Shown: positions 55,272 through 64,000 of the stretch, piece by piece
Numbering within the stretch: position 1 is the first letter of the stretch
Layout: every line of letters begins with the position of its first letter
Assembly (NCBI GenBank): GCA_029243585.1
Contig: JAQWRR010000041.1
Span: forward strand, 3,477-67,476
Length of the DNA stretch: 64,000 nucleotides
Direction: 5' to 3'
Origin: Gammaproteobacteria bacterium
Lineage (GTDB): Bacteria > Pseudomonadota > Gammaproteobacteria > Steroidobacterales > Rariloculaceae
The notes under the pieces: model-generated
Database searches by the model: none
What the model was told of the DNA's origin: nothing
Seen by the model: only the letters and a program-made list of their open reading frames with translations
Made by a program: the position numbers and the translations under genes

Positions 55272-56363
55272 CTAATTTGAGTTAAGAGGTTTTATCCCAC
55301 TTTCACTAAACGCTTTTGATAGCTTTTCTATAACATCGGATACAGTTATAAGGTCCATAGCACGTGGGTTTCGTATACGTTGTCCCCATCTAACCTCATT
55401 TACACTGGCATTGAACTCACTCTTTAAAGCCTCCGGGTACTTATCGACAACCAAATGCTGGCTTTTATAAGGCCCCGTTCGGCTTTTGTTGGATGTGGCA
55501 TATAGACCTACTACAGGTGTTCCAACGGATGTAGCCATATGTGCAGGACCAGAGTCAGGACAAAGTAAGACGGTAGTACGTTCTAACAACGCAAGCAGCT
55601 GTTTTAGTGTGGTCTTACCAATCAGATTGATGACTCTACCTTGGCAATTACTTGAGATGTGTTCACCGTATTCTTGCTCTAGTTGTGTCATCCCTCCTGT
55701 AAGAATCGTTTTAGCTCCATATTCAGATGCTACGTAGTTCACAACCTCCTCATAATATTCGATGCCCCAGTTTCTAAAGTTGCGAAGGCGTTGTCCCGAG
55801 CATGGGCTAATAACCAATGTGGGTTCGTTATTATTAATATGTTCTTGAGCGAAACCACGGTCTTTAGTCGAGATAGGAATATCCCAAGTCAATTCATTCG
55901 ACTGAATATTTAGGGCTTTAATGAATTCAAAAAGACCTTCTATAACGTGCTGCTGTGATCTAAAAGGAATATGTTCATTACAGAAGTACCACTGATAATC
56001 ACGAGCTCTCTGACGGTCAAAGCCAAGACGGATTTTTGAAGAAATCATGAGGCTTACAAGATTTGCACGCATGGAAGCATGCATGTGCAGTAAAAGATCA
56101 AAAGGTTTCTGTCGAACTTGTTTTAATACGTCAAAGTACCCTCTAAAACCACGGTCTTTGTCTAGTACAATGAATTCAATGTCTTCAAGCCCTGCGAGAA
56201 GTCCATACTCAGTTTTGCCGATTACCCAGGTCAGCTTTGTATCTGGCCAAGCTTTTTGTATTGCGCGGACAATAGGAACCATATGGCAAGTGTCTCCTAT
56301 TGCAGACAGCCTGATGATACAAAGCCTTTTTGGAGGCAAATTAAGCTTAGAGAACATAGTCAT
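55272..56363 (-). CDS. Glycosyltransferase family 9 (LPS heptosyltransferase-like)
   Basis: IIRLSAIGDTCHMVP near the N-terminus and LLCPDSGPAHMATSVGTPVVGLY near the C-terminus. Confidence 0.75.
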   Translation of the reverse strand: MTMFSKLNLPPKRLCIIRLSAIGDTCHMVPIVRAIQKAWPDTKLTWVIGKTEYGLLAGLEDIEFIVLDKDRGFRGYFDVLKQVRQKPFDLLLHMHASMRANLVSLMISSKIRLGFDRQRARDYQWYFCNEHIPFRSQQHVIEGLFEFIKALNIQSNELTWDIPISTKDRGFAQEHINNNEPTLVISPCSGQRLRNFRNWGIEYYEEVVNYVASEYGAKTILTGGMTQLEQEYGEHISSNCQGRVINLIGKTTLKQLLALLERTTVLLCPDSGPAHMATSVGTPVVGLYATSNKSRTGPYKSQHLVVDKYPEALKSEFNASVNEVRWGQRIRNPRAMDLITVSDVIEKLSKAFSESGIKPLNSN

Positions 56364-56476
56364 TTTTAGCTCTTAGAGTTAATGCATGATACTCAAAGAA
56401 GGCTCATTTCTGTATGCATTCCTTTTATGTGTTCTGATTAGTAACATCCATACATTTAGGTGGTTTAGAAATAATT

Positions 56477-57565
56477 GTGACTATAAAAGCCCTTTGCATC
56501 ACTGAAGATCCAGATCGCCCGACTGTTGCGACATTTATTGGTATGCATAGAGCTGGCATAGATCTGGCTGTCGTTTGTCCCCAGCAACATTACCGCCATA
56601 ATGAGCTAATCGATGCGGGTCTAAAGACTATCCCTATAGAATTTCGAGGGCGCTATGACTCTAAGGCAATTCGTATGCTTCGTGAGGAGTTAGATAAAGG
56701 AAAGTATGACATTCTTCATATTTTAGGTAATCGAGCCTTACAAAATGGTTTGATAGCAACACGTGGTATGCATATACGTATAGTTGTCTATCGTGGGATT
56801 GTAGGAAATGTAAGCTTCTTTAATCCTATTTCATGGATGAGGGTTCTTAACCCTAGAATTGATCGCATTATTTGTGTTGCAGATGCCATACGCGAGTATT
56901 TTTTACAGATGCGTCCGAAATTTTTGCGTATATCTTCGAAACGACTTGTGACTATTCATAAAGGACATAGCTTAGACTGGTATACCAGTTCTCCAGCAAA
57001 CCTGCAGGACTTTGGTATTCCAAAGGAGGCTTTTGTGGTCGGTTGTGTGGCCACCTATCGACCCCGTAAGGGAATTGAAGTCTTAGTAGAGGCTATGGCC
57101 GACATTCCTGATGATTGGAATGTTCATCTGCTTCTGATTGGTGATATGGCATCTCCAAAATTAGATAAAAAAATTTCAAGAAGTTCTTCTGCAGATAGAA
57201 TTCATAGGGTGGGATATGTAAAGGATGCCACGCCGTTAACTGCGGCCTGTGATGTTTTCGTTATGCCATCAATTAAAAGGGAGGGGCTCGCCCGTTCTGT
57301 AATTGAAGCCATGGCTTATCGAGTTCCGGCGATTGTGACGAATTGTGGTGGAAGCCCTGAGCTTGTTATAGATGGGGTGACAGGATTTGTTGTGCCTATA
57401 AAAAACCCTGATGCAATTAATAGTTCTATCAGGCGTATGTATAAGGATCCTGATATGCGAAGACGTTTGGGCGAATCAGCCCGTCAGCGCATAGACAGCA
57501 CTTTCCGTATACAAGACACTATCGATAAGACTATTGCTCTATATAGAAGTGTGCTATTACAGTGA
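56477..57565 (+). CDS. Glycosyltransferase family 4 (GT-B, group 1)
   Basis: VMPSIKREGLARSVIEAMAYRVPAIVTNCGGSPELV (EX7E-type motif). GTG start. It is divergent from the GT9 gene. Confidence 0.75.
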   Translation: MTIKALCITEDPDRPTVATFIGMHRAGIDLAVVCPQQHYRHNELIDAGLKTIPIEFRGRYDSKAIRMLREELDKGKYDILHILGNRALQNGLIATRGMHIRIVVYRGIVGNVSFFNPISWMRVLNPRIDRIICVADAIREYFLQMRPKFLRISSKRLVTIHKGHSLDWYTSSPANLQDFGIPKEAFVVGCVATYRPRKGIEVLVEAMADIPDDWNVHLLLIGDMASPKLDKKISRSSSADRIHRVGYVKDATPLTAACDVFVMPSIKREGLARSVIEAMAYRVPAIVTNCGGSPELVIDGVTGFVVPIKNPDAINSSIRRMYKDPDMRRRLGESARQRIDSTFRIQDTIDKTIALYRSVLLQ

Positions 57566-57666
57566 TCTATATAAGCTTTTTTAGAATGATATAAATCAAG
57601 ATTAACAATAAAAATGAAATGAATAGTATATTTGAGAGGATAGTTTCTAATTTAAAAGGAATAATT

Positions 57667-58743
57667 ATGAGGTGTTTAAGCGCCATAGTGCTGGTTACTT
57701 TTTCATTGTCCTTATTTGTTCACCCGGCGATTGCGCAGCAGACAAATAATGACGTACCGTTGATTCCATACGAGTCAGTCCCAAATTTTTTAAAGTATTC
57801 CCCCGAAATGAATTTAGGGGAAACTCTTGCCGTCGCGGTCAATTCGAAGGGTCATGTTATGGTTCTCAACCATCCGGGTTCGGCTAGTAATGGTGGCCCG
57901 TTGTACGGTAATGCGACTAGCCAACTTTTAGAATTTGATGAGCATGGTTATTTCGTTCGAGAAATTGGTCAGAATGTTTATGGTCTAGGCTATTCTCACT
58001 CAATTCGCTATGACAAATATGACAATTTATGGCTCGTGGATAAGGGTGCAAATACTGTCATAAAGTTCGATCCTGCAGGTTACGTTACTTTGAATCTTGG
58101 AAGGCGCCCAGAAGGTTTTGATGAGTATCATCATGTTGACGGAGCGGATGCAGTACCGCGCGATGGTTTTTTTGGCGGGCCATCTGATGTGGCTTGGGAT
58201 GCAGAGGATAATATTTTTGTTAGCGATGGTTACCTAAACTCGCGTATTGCTAAATATGACAAGCATGGCAACTGGATCAAAACCTGGGGTTCCTTTGGAT
58301 CCGAGCCTGGTCAGTTAAATTTACCCCACAACATGCAGGCCGATCGGGAAGGTAATGTTTATGTTGCTGATCGTACTAACCGCCGAATCCAGGTATTTGA
58401 TTCAGAAGGTAACTTTCTCAGAATAATTTTGTTAAATGCCCCATTTGATAAGTCAATGCAACCAATACTTGGCAATGTGGACCCGAATCAGCCGGATGAA
58501 ACTCAGCCGTGGGCACTATGCATGACAAATGGAAATCCTCAATACTTATGGGCAGCTGATCAACATCCAGGCAGAATCTATAAAATCCAATTAGATGGAA
58601 AAATTGTTGGAATGCTTGGAACATCAGGCAAGCAACTAGGCCAGTTCAATTGGATTCATGGTATCGATTGCTCACAGGAAGATGTTTTATATATTGCTGA
58701 TATGAATAACTGGCGGATTCAGAAGTTACTCCTAAATCCCTAG
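57667..58743 (+). CDS. Exported NHL-repeat beta-propeller protein (PAL-like), second copy
   Basis: The ATG at 57667 gives a signal peptide ending in AIAQQ. Blades include IFVSDGYLNSRIAKYDKHGNW, VYVADRTNRRIQVFDSEGNF and LYIADMNNWRIQKL. Confidence 0.7.
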   Translation: MRCLSAIVLVTFSLSLFVHPAIAQQTNNDVPLIPYESVPNFLKYSPEMNLGETLAVAVNSKGHVMVLNHPGSASNGGPLYGNATSQLLEFDEHGYFVREIGQNVYGLGYSHSIRYDKYDNLWLVDKGANTVIKFDPAGYVTLNLGRRPEGFDEYHHVDGADAVPRDGFFGGPSDVAWDAEDNIFVSDGYLNSRIAKYDKHGNWIKTWGSFGSEPGQLNLPHNMQADREGNVYVADRTNRRIQVFDSEGNFLRIILLNAPFDKSMQPILGNVDPNQPDETQPWALCMTNGNPQYLWAADQHPGRIYKIQLDGKIVGMLGTSGKQLGQFNWIHGIDCSQEDVLYIADMNNWRIQKLLLNP

Positions 58744-58783
58744 TTTTGATGCAATAAAGAACTACGTTTTCGAGTTCATTAAT

Positions 58784-59815
58784 ATGGATAAAAAAATAGG
58801 CTTTTGGCTCATTTGTGCACTTACGGTGCTTGTCTCTCTGACAGTAATGACACTAGTACAGTCAGTAGTTGGGCAGACCCGGGAGGAGGGACCATGGTGG
58901 CCTTCACCTCATGGTGCCCAGGATCAGGCAGGCGCATCTAATTATGTAACTGCGGTGAAAATCCTTTCAGCGTTGCAGATTCCTAAGACAGGCCAAACTT
59001 ATGAGCTCGGGCATATCTATGAGCAAAGTATGCCACTTTATGGATCAAGGCCATATTTTATGCAGGTAACTCCACCTCTACCGCCAACTAGTGGCGAGGG
59101 AGGCGTTTCTAATTCCGAGTATTTTTCAGGGTTTATAGGCCAGATGGGAACTCAGTTTGATGGCTTCGCACATCAGGGTGGAAATATCCAAATGGAAGAT
59201 GGGTCCTTTCAATCTGTTTTTTACAATGGGTTCAACGTAGATGATCTTTTTGGAGAGAATCGTGGCCGAGGTGGCGTTGAGGCTTTAGGTGTTGAGCAAA
59301 TGAAACCATTCATCACACGTGGAATTCTAATTGATATTGCCGGTTATAAAGAGGTTGTTGCTTTACCTGCTGCCTATGAGGTCACTGTCGAAGATATGCA
59401 TGGCGCGCTTGCTAGGCAGGAAATGAGTGTGAGCGATATTGAGCAAGGTGATGCAGTATTTTTCAACTATGGGTGGTCTATAAATTGGGGGAACCCTTCA
59501 AAATATAATGATTCTTATATTGGTGTGGGTGAAAACGAAGGATCTCCAGGAATTTATGGCGATATAGTTCGTGTACTTATTGAACGTAAGATTTCTCTTG
59601 TAGGCGCTGATAGTTGCTGTGTTGAGGTTAGGCCTCGACCGGGTGTAGAAAACGTTCATAGAATGTTATTTCTTGGGGAAGGGGTTCCAATGCTCGAAAA
59701 CATGGAACTTAGAGAGCTTGCTGCGGATGAGGTATATGAATTCTTATTTATAGGATTGCCTGAGAGAATCAAAGGAGCGACTGGTTCGCCGATGAGGCCA
59801 ATGGCAGTCAGATAA
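58784..59815 (+). CDS. Cyclase-family (kynurenine-formamidase-like) protein with an N-terminal signal/anchor
   Basis: The GQMGTQFDGFAHQ segment sits in the position of the HxGTHxDxPxH cyclase motif. Size and layout fit the family. Confidence 0.55.
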   Translation: MDKKIGFWLICALTVLVSLTVMTLVQSVVGQTREEGPWWPSPHGAQDQAGASNYVTAVKILSALQIPKTGQTYELGHIYEQSMPLYGSRPYFMQVTPPLPPTSGEGGVSNSEYFSGFIGQMGTQFDGFAHQGGNIQMEDGSFQSVFYNGFNVDDLFGENRGRGGVEALGVEQMKPFITRGILIDIAGYKEVVALPAAYEVTVEDMHGALARQEMSVSDIEQGDAVFFNYGWSINWGNPSKYNDSYIGVGENEGSPGIYGDIVRVLIERKISLVGADSCCVEVRPRPGVENVHRMLFLGEGVPMLENMELRELAADEVYEFLFIGLPERIKGATGSPMRPMAVR

Positions 59816-59883
59816 AGTTAGCCCTTCACCCATCTGGTATTTTGCATATTTGACTGATCGTCGCTTACTAGGGCGTACTTTTA

Positions 59884-60624
59884 TTACATATAACGCCCAC
59901 CGCTAACGTGAACTGTTTGTCCCGTAACATAAGTGTCCTGAGGACTAGAAAATGACAGCACTACACGTGATACATCTTCGCAAGTTCCAGGAGCATTGGC
60001 CGCCTCATCACTATATTTTGCCTGGGGTTGATCGGGTTTTCTTTGGGTATCTATGAGGCCTGGCACAATACAATTAGCACGAATTCTTCCTGCTCCCTCG
60101 GCAGCCAGTGCCCGAGTCAGTCCAGTGAGGCCGGCCTTGGCAGCAATCACATGTGCGCGGTCTTTCGCTGGCCGGTGAGCACTCAGTCCACCAATATTGA
60201 CGATTGCTCCCTTACGATTTTCAGGAAGTCGCCTAAACAGCTCTCGGGATGTTATGAAAGGCCCAGTAAGCATGATGGACATTACAGCATTCCAAGTATC
60301 AAGGGTTATATCTGTGAAAGGGCCATGAGGCCTAAATCCAGGTCCATTTACCAAAATAGAGACAGGACCAAGCTTTTGTTCGCATTCTTCAAAAGCAGAC
60401 GACACAGCATTTTCATCCGAAATGTCGGCGATCAAACCCATAGACTGACCATTAGATTTTTGTAGCTGAGTTAATGCCGTTTTCATAACAGAGTAGTCAG
60501 ATCCACCAACGATACAGACATTTGCCCCGGCACCCTTAATGGCTTCGGCAATACTAAGACCTATGTTGCGTGTGCCTCCAACAATGAAGGCCGTTTCGCC
60601 ATTCAGACTTATATTCCAGTCCAT
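59884..60624 (-). CDS. Short-chain dehydrogenase/reductase-fold protein with a non-canonical active-site motif
   Basis: The Rossmann motif is FIVGGTRNIGLS. RAHVIAAKAGLTGLTRALAAE aligns with the YxxxK region, but Val occupies the Tyr position. Confidence 0.7.
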   Translation of the reverse strand: MDWNISLNGETAFIVGGTRNIGLSIAEAIKGAGANVCIVGGSDYSVMKTALTQLQKSNGQSMGLIADISDENAVSSAFEECEQKLGPVSILVNGPGFRPHGPFTDITLDTWNAVMSIMLTGPFITSRELFRRLPENRKGAIVNIGGLSAHRPAKDRAHVIAAKAGLTGLTRALAAEGAGRIRANCIVPGLIDTQRKPDQPQAKYSDEAANAPGTCEDVSRVVLSFSSPQDTYVTGQTVHVSGGRYM

Positions 60625-60628
60625 ACTG

Positions 60629-62068
60629 TTAGCTCGCCAGAAGTGTTGTTAATGTCCTGATTGATTCGAGGTTTTCTAAGTCCCTTACTAGACCCACAAT
60701 TTTTTCAGTGCGTGCCTTATCCCAACTGGCAAACTCTGCACAACCTCTAAATTTTTCAGCGACCTCGTCATAGCTCATTGGATTCGCTGGGCTTCCTTTG
60801 CCAAAGTCTGCACGTCCTGAAATAGTACGGCCATCTTTGAGGTGAATATCAATAATCGTTGTCATTTTATCGTAGCCTGCTGCTTCCGCTTCTGGGTGAA
60901 TACCAAAATTGATACGACTAATCATGTTTTTAACATCAGAACGATTTGTAGCCTCATCAGTAAATTCTGGTAGAGCTCCACGACGTTCCAAAAGCAGTAT
61001 TGCCATACAGAATTCCATGGAAAACTTTGCTTGCAGTTCATCGCTTGGGCGATGATGAATCAAAGCGTTTGGCATATTGTGATTAGTGCCAACATCCACC
61101 GTTTCAACCTCATCTGGCTGAATATTGTGTTTCAGAATGAGTTCCAACATTTTGGTCATTCCGGGATGTGTTAATGATCCTGATGGATGGGGTTTAATGG
61201 AAACCCCAGGGTCCATGAATGTCCATGGGTTTCCAAGCTTGCCCTGTAATGCTTCGAGAGTGTAGCCACCCCCATGAGCTTGAAAGAAGCCCCTAGGCGA
61301 CTCCAAGATTTTATCCGTAGCGGTCCAGCCGGCTTTGGCTAGATCTGCTGCGATGACTCCAGCTTCTGCGGCTCGTCCTGCATGAAAGGGTTTTGTCATC
61401 GTTCCAAAATTCTCTCTAAGTCCTGCAGCTTGGCTTGCAGCAATCGCCAGCGCACGTGCTGTAATATCTGAATTGAGGCCGTACAGTCTTGAAACAGCAG
61501 AGGCAGAGGCAAAAACACCGCAGGTTGCTGTTGCATGAAAACCATGCTGATAATGTCTTGGTGATATAGCCTCAGCAATTTTCGTTTCTACCTCCAGTCC
61601 TAGGTTATATGCAAGCGCTAAGTCTTTCCCAGACCGATCTTGTTTCTCGGCAACAGCTAAAGCTGCGGGAAGACAGGGTGCGGTCGGATGAGTGAGTAGT
61701 CCGTAGACCCGGTCTTTTTGAACTGCTAGTTGTGTATCGTCATAATCATCAGCATGGACACCAATGCCATTAGCAAACGCTGCAAATCGTTCTGGTACCC
61801 GAAGCTCAGTTCCAATAACTGTTGTTTCTCCACCAAGTCCCAGGCTTTCGAGATAGTTTTTTGAAATCCGCCCGCTTTCAGCAACTGAGCCAGATAAAGC
61901 AAGACCGAGTCCGTCGAGTATGGATTTTTTAGAGAGATTAATTACCTCTTCAGGAATATCCTCATAGCGAGTTTCAAGAATGAACGTAGTTACTTCCTTG
62001 GTTAGCCCTTCTCCATAGCGCGATGTTATATCTGGCGTAAAGGCTTCAATATCACTGACTGTTGCCAT
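60629..62068 (-). CDS. MmgE/PrpD-family protein (2-methylcitrate-dehydratase-like)
   Basis: 479 aa. Its layout and segments (ILDGLGLALSG, HADDYDD, KPFHAGRAA, KPHPSG) are typical of MmgE/PrpD. Confidence 0.75.
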   Translation of the reverse strand: MATVSDIEAFTPDITSRYGEGLTKEVTTFILETRYEDIPEEVINLSKKSILDGLGLALSGSVAESGRISKNYLESLGLGGETTVIGTELRVPERFAAFANGIGVHADDYDDTQLAVQKDRVYGLLTHPTAPCLPAALAVAEKQDRSGKDLALAYNLGLEVETKIAEAISPRHYQHGFHATATCGVFASASAVSRLYGLNSDITARALAIAASQAAGLRENFGTMTKPFHAGRAAEAGVIAADLAKAGWTATDKILESPRGFFQAHGGGYTLEALQGKLGNPWTFMDPGVSIKPHPSGSLTHPGMTKMLELILKHNIQPDEVETVDVGTNHNMPNALIHHRPSDELQAKFSMEFCMAILLLERRGALPEFTDEATNRSDVKNMISRINFGIHPEAEAAGYDKMTTIIDIHLKDGRTISGRADFGKGSPANPMSYDEVAEKFRGCAEFASWDKARTEKIVGLVRDLENLESIRTLTTLLAS

Positions 62069-62151
62069 TCAAATTCCTCCCTATCTAGGCTTCATGTTTA
62101 GCTGTAATTCAGCCATTGTCATACAGTTTTCTACTATCGCAAAACGTTTTT

Positions 62152-63642
62152 TTATCTTCTATGAGGAAGAAACTTAGCGAGTAAAGATCGAAATTGTGCT
62201 GCTGCAAGGCTAACTACAGCTAGTATGAAAAACACCATTGCAATGGGCCTTGAGAAAAAAACGGTCCATTGCTGGTCAAAAATTATCATCGATTGTGCTA
62301 GGGATGTCTCAATAAGACCTCCAAGAACAATTCCCATAATAATGGGTGCTGGGCCAAACCCATTTTTCTTTAAAATAAAGCCTACCAGGCCTGCAACGAG
62401 CATGATCCAAACATCCACCATGGATTGATTAAGGCCATATGCGCCTACAAAACATAGAGCAAAAACTGTAGGCCATAAAAAAGTTGAGGGGATAAGACTA
62501 ATCCTAGAAAAAATCTTCGCTCCCAACAGGCCTATAAACAGAAAAAGAATATTTGCAAAAAGCATGGCAAAGAAAATTGCATACAATAGACCCGGTTGTT
62601 CTTCAAACAGGTATGGGCCAGGGCGTAAGCCTTGAACCTGTAGCCCCCCAAGTATTACCGCTGCCGTCGCACTACCAGGTATTCCGAGTGCTAGGGTAGG
62701 CACCATGGATCCTCCAGTCGCCGCATTATTCGCCGCTTCAGGACCAGCAACTCCCTCAATTACGCCTTTGCCAAATTCCTCAGGCCTGTTAGACCATCGT
62801 TTTGCTTCGTTATACCCGATCATCGCTGCCATAGTGCTACCTTCGGCAGGTAGGACGCCCACAAAAATACCGATTCCGCTAGAGCGTAGAATGGTATTTT
62901 TTACGCGACGGAAGTCATTAAGAGAGGGTAGCTTCACAGCTGATAAAGCAATAGCGATTTTTTTTCGATTGAGTTCTTGAGCCTGATTCAGTAGTTCAGT
63001 TACCGCAAAAAGTCCGATAAGAACTGGAATGAACTGAATGCCTTCAAGGAGTTCAGGAACACCAAAAGTAAATCGTTCAACGCCAGTAGTCAGATCAATA
63101 CCTACTGTTGCAATAAGAAGACCAAGACAACCGCCAATTAGGTTCTTTATTGGAGCTTCGCCGCTAATAGATGCAAGCATAGATAGTGCAAAAACACCTA
63201 GGGCAAAGTATTCGGGTGGACCAAAGCTATACGCTATTCTGGCAAGAAAGGGTGCGGCAAAAAGTAGTACCAATAAACTAAGTATTCCCCCGCTAACGGA
63301 AGAAACCGCTGCTATTCCTAGGGCACGGCCGGCCTCGCCCTTTAACGCCATAGGGTAACCATCAAATGCGGTTGCTACTGCTGGGGGTGCACCTGGGGCA
63401 TTGATCAAGATAGCGGTTATTGATCCTCCAAACGTTCCAGCGCAATAAAGTGCGGAGAGAAGTGCAATTGCTGGTATGGGATCAAGATAGAGTGAAAAAG
63501 GCAACAAAAGCGCTACGCCCATAGAAGATGATAGGCCTGGTAATGCGCCAATAATTACGCCGATTAGCGTACCCGCAATAATTAAACCGATCACAAGTGG
63601 ATCGGTCAGGATTGGTAATGCGTACTCGAGACCAATATTCAT
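62152..63642 (-). CDS. tctA: Tripartite tricarboxylate transporter large permease
   Basis: Polytopic. The ATG at 63642 ([12 protein letters not shown]...) lies 5 nt after the tctB stop, and [17 protein letters not shown] is a family-type motif. The longer ORF to 63735 overlaps tctB. Confidence 0.8.
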   Translation of the reverse strand: MNIGLEYALPILTDPLVIGLIIAGTLIGVIIGALPGLSSSMGVALLLPFSLYLDPIPAIALLSALYCAGTFGGSITAILINAPGAPPAVATAFDGYPMALKGEAGRALGIAAVSSVSGGILSLLVLLFAAPFLARIAYSFGPPEYFALGVFALSMLASISGEAPIKNLIGGCLGLLIATVGIDLTTGVERFTFGVPELLEGIQFIPVLIGLFAVTELLNQAQELNRKKIAIALSAVKLPSLNDFRRVKNTILRSSGIGIFVGVLPAEGSTMAAMIGYNEAKRWSNRPEEFGKGVIEGVAGPEAANNAATGGSMVPTLALGIPGSATAAVILGGLQVQGLRPGPYLFEEQPGLLYAIFFAMLFANILFLFIGLLGAKIFSRISLIPSTFLWPTVFALCFVGAYGLNQSMVDVWIMLVAGLVGFILKKNGFGPAPIIMGIVLGGLIETSLAQSMIIFDQQWTVFFSRPIAMVFFILAVVSLAAAQFRSLLAKFLPHRR

Positions 63643-63647
63643 GCTAT

Positions 63648-64000
63648 TTACATCACCGCTTCCAGCACACGCCCAGCCGGGAACCGCACATCCAAACCTA
63701 ACGTGAAGACAACATAAATGCTGATTGGCAAGCAAACAGCGAGTGCTGCTATTAGTTTATACCGACGTTCGCCCCAAGCGATAGGTAAAACCATCGCTAT
63801 AACAGCAAGAGTAATTAGTATGCCAAGAAAATATGCCAGTATGCCCGCGGATATTATTATCCCAACCGTTTTCCAGAAGGAGGCTGGGAGAAATTCGGCA
63901 GGGTTTGGTTTACGTTCTATGCCCGTGAAAATCAAAATTATGCTTAATAACGCCATGATAAAAAGCACTAACCGTGGGAAAAAAGTAGGCGGCACGTTTT
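63648..64000 (-). CDS. tctB: Tripartite tricarboxylate transporter small membrane subunit; the 5' end probably lies outside the window
   Basis: Small hydrophobic protein directly upstream of tctA. The frame stays open to the window edge. Confidence 0.6.
   Translation of the reverse strand, partial: NVPPTFFPRLVLFIMALLSIILIFTGIERKPNPAEFLPASFWKTVGIIISAGILAYFLGILITLAVIAMVLPIAWGERRYKLIAALAVCLPISIYVVFTLGLDVRFPAGRVLEAVM

Noticed and set aside
60028-60465. 145-aa plus-strand ORF inside the SDR gene
   Set aside because: It is antisense to a gene with a clear Rossmann motif, and there is no supporting signal.
63643-63735. 31-codon N-terminal extension of tctA overlapping tctB
   Set aside because: The internal ATG at 63642 gives the hydrophobic TctA start directly after the tctB stop. 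The extension is Cys/Gly-rich and overlaps the upstream gene.

Overview
This 64-kb chromosomal window has conserved gene strings (pepP-ubiH-ubiI, lgt-thyA, lptD-surA-pdxA-rsmA-apaH) that match gammaproteobacterial synteny. That placement is an inference, since no database search was possible. I call about 60 protein genes and one tRNA(CAU). I recognise no rRNA, CRISPR array, transposase, integrase or phage gene. The window falls into four zones. (1) 1-17.5 kb is a housekeeping core. It includes a gcvH whose frame is broken at an A7 run and a 929-aa Nma111-type double-HtrA protease. (2) 17.5-31.5 kb is an eight-gene MoxR AAA+/DUF58/vWA (Bat-like) membrane cluster. It has three MIDAS-bearing vWA proteins, a caspase/legumain-fold protein lacking the catalytic Cys, a TPR-HExxH protein and a 1184-aa coiled-coil protein. 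(3) 31.5-55.1 kb is an accessory-looking island made almost entirely of exported proteins. Its most striking content is a recurrent, uncharacterised two-part module: a small exported protein whose predicted mature N-terminus is His-His (5 copies) and a ~250-aa exported partner (4 copies). The module occurs as two tandem pairs, a reversed pair, an orphan and one natural fusion. It sits in operons with Tat-signal aldo/keto reductases, an NHL propeller, a tandem GlcG/DUF336 protein and other exported redox-type enzymes. The island also holds a peroxiredoxin-like gene with an in-frame TGA exactly at the first Cys of the W-C-P-F-C redox motif, followed by a hairpin (candidate selenoprotein). A tRNA(CAU) in the island is followed by a decayed copy of its own 3' half. 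(4) 55.2-64 kb carries LPS-type glycosyltransferases, NHL and cyclase genes and a TctB-TctA-PrpD-like-SDR block. All family names come from motif recognition and memory, not from searches.
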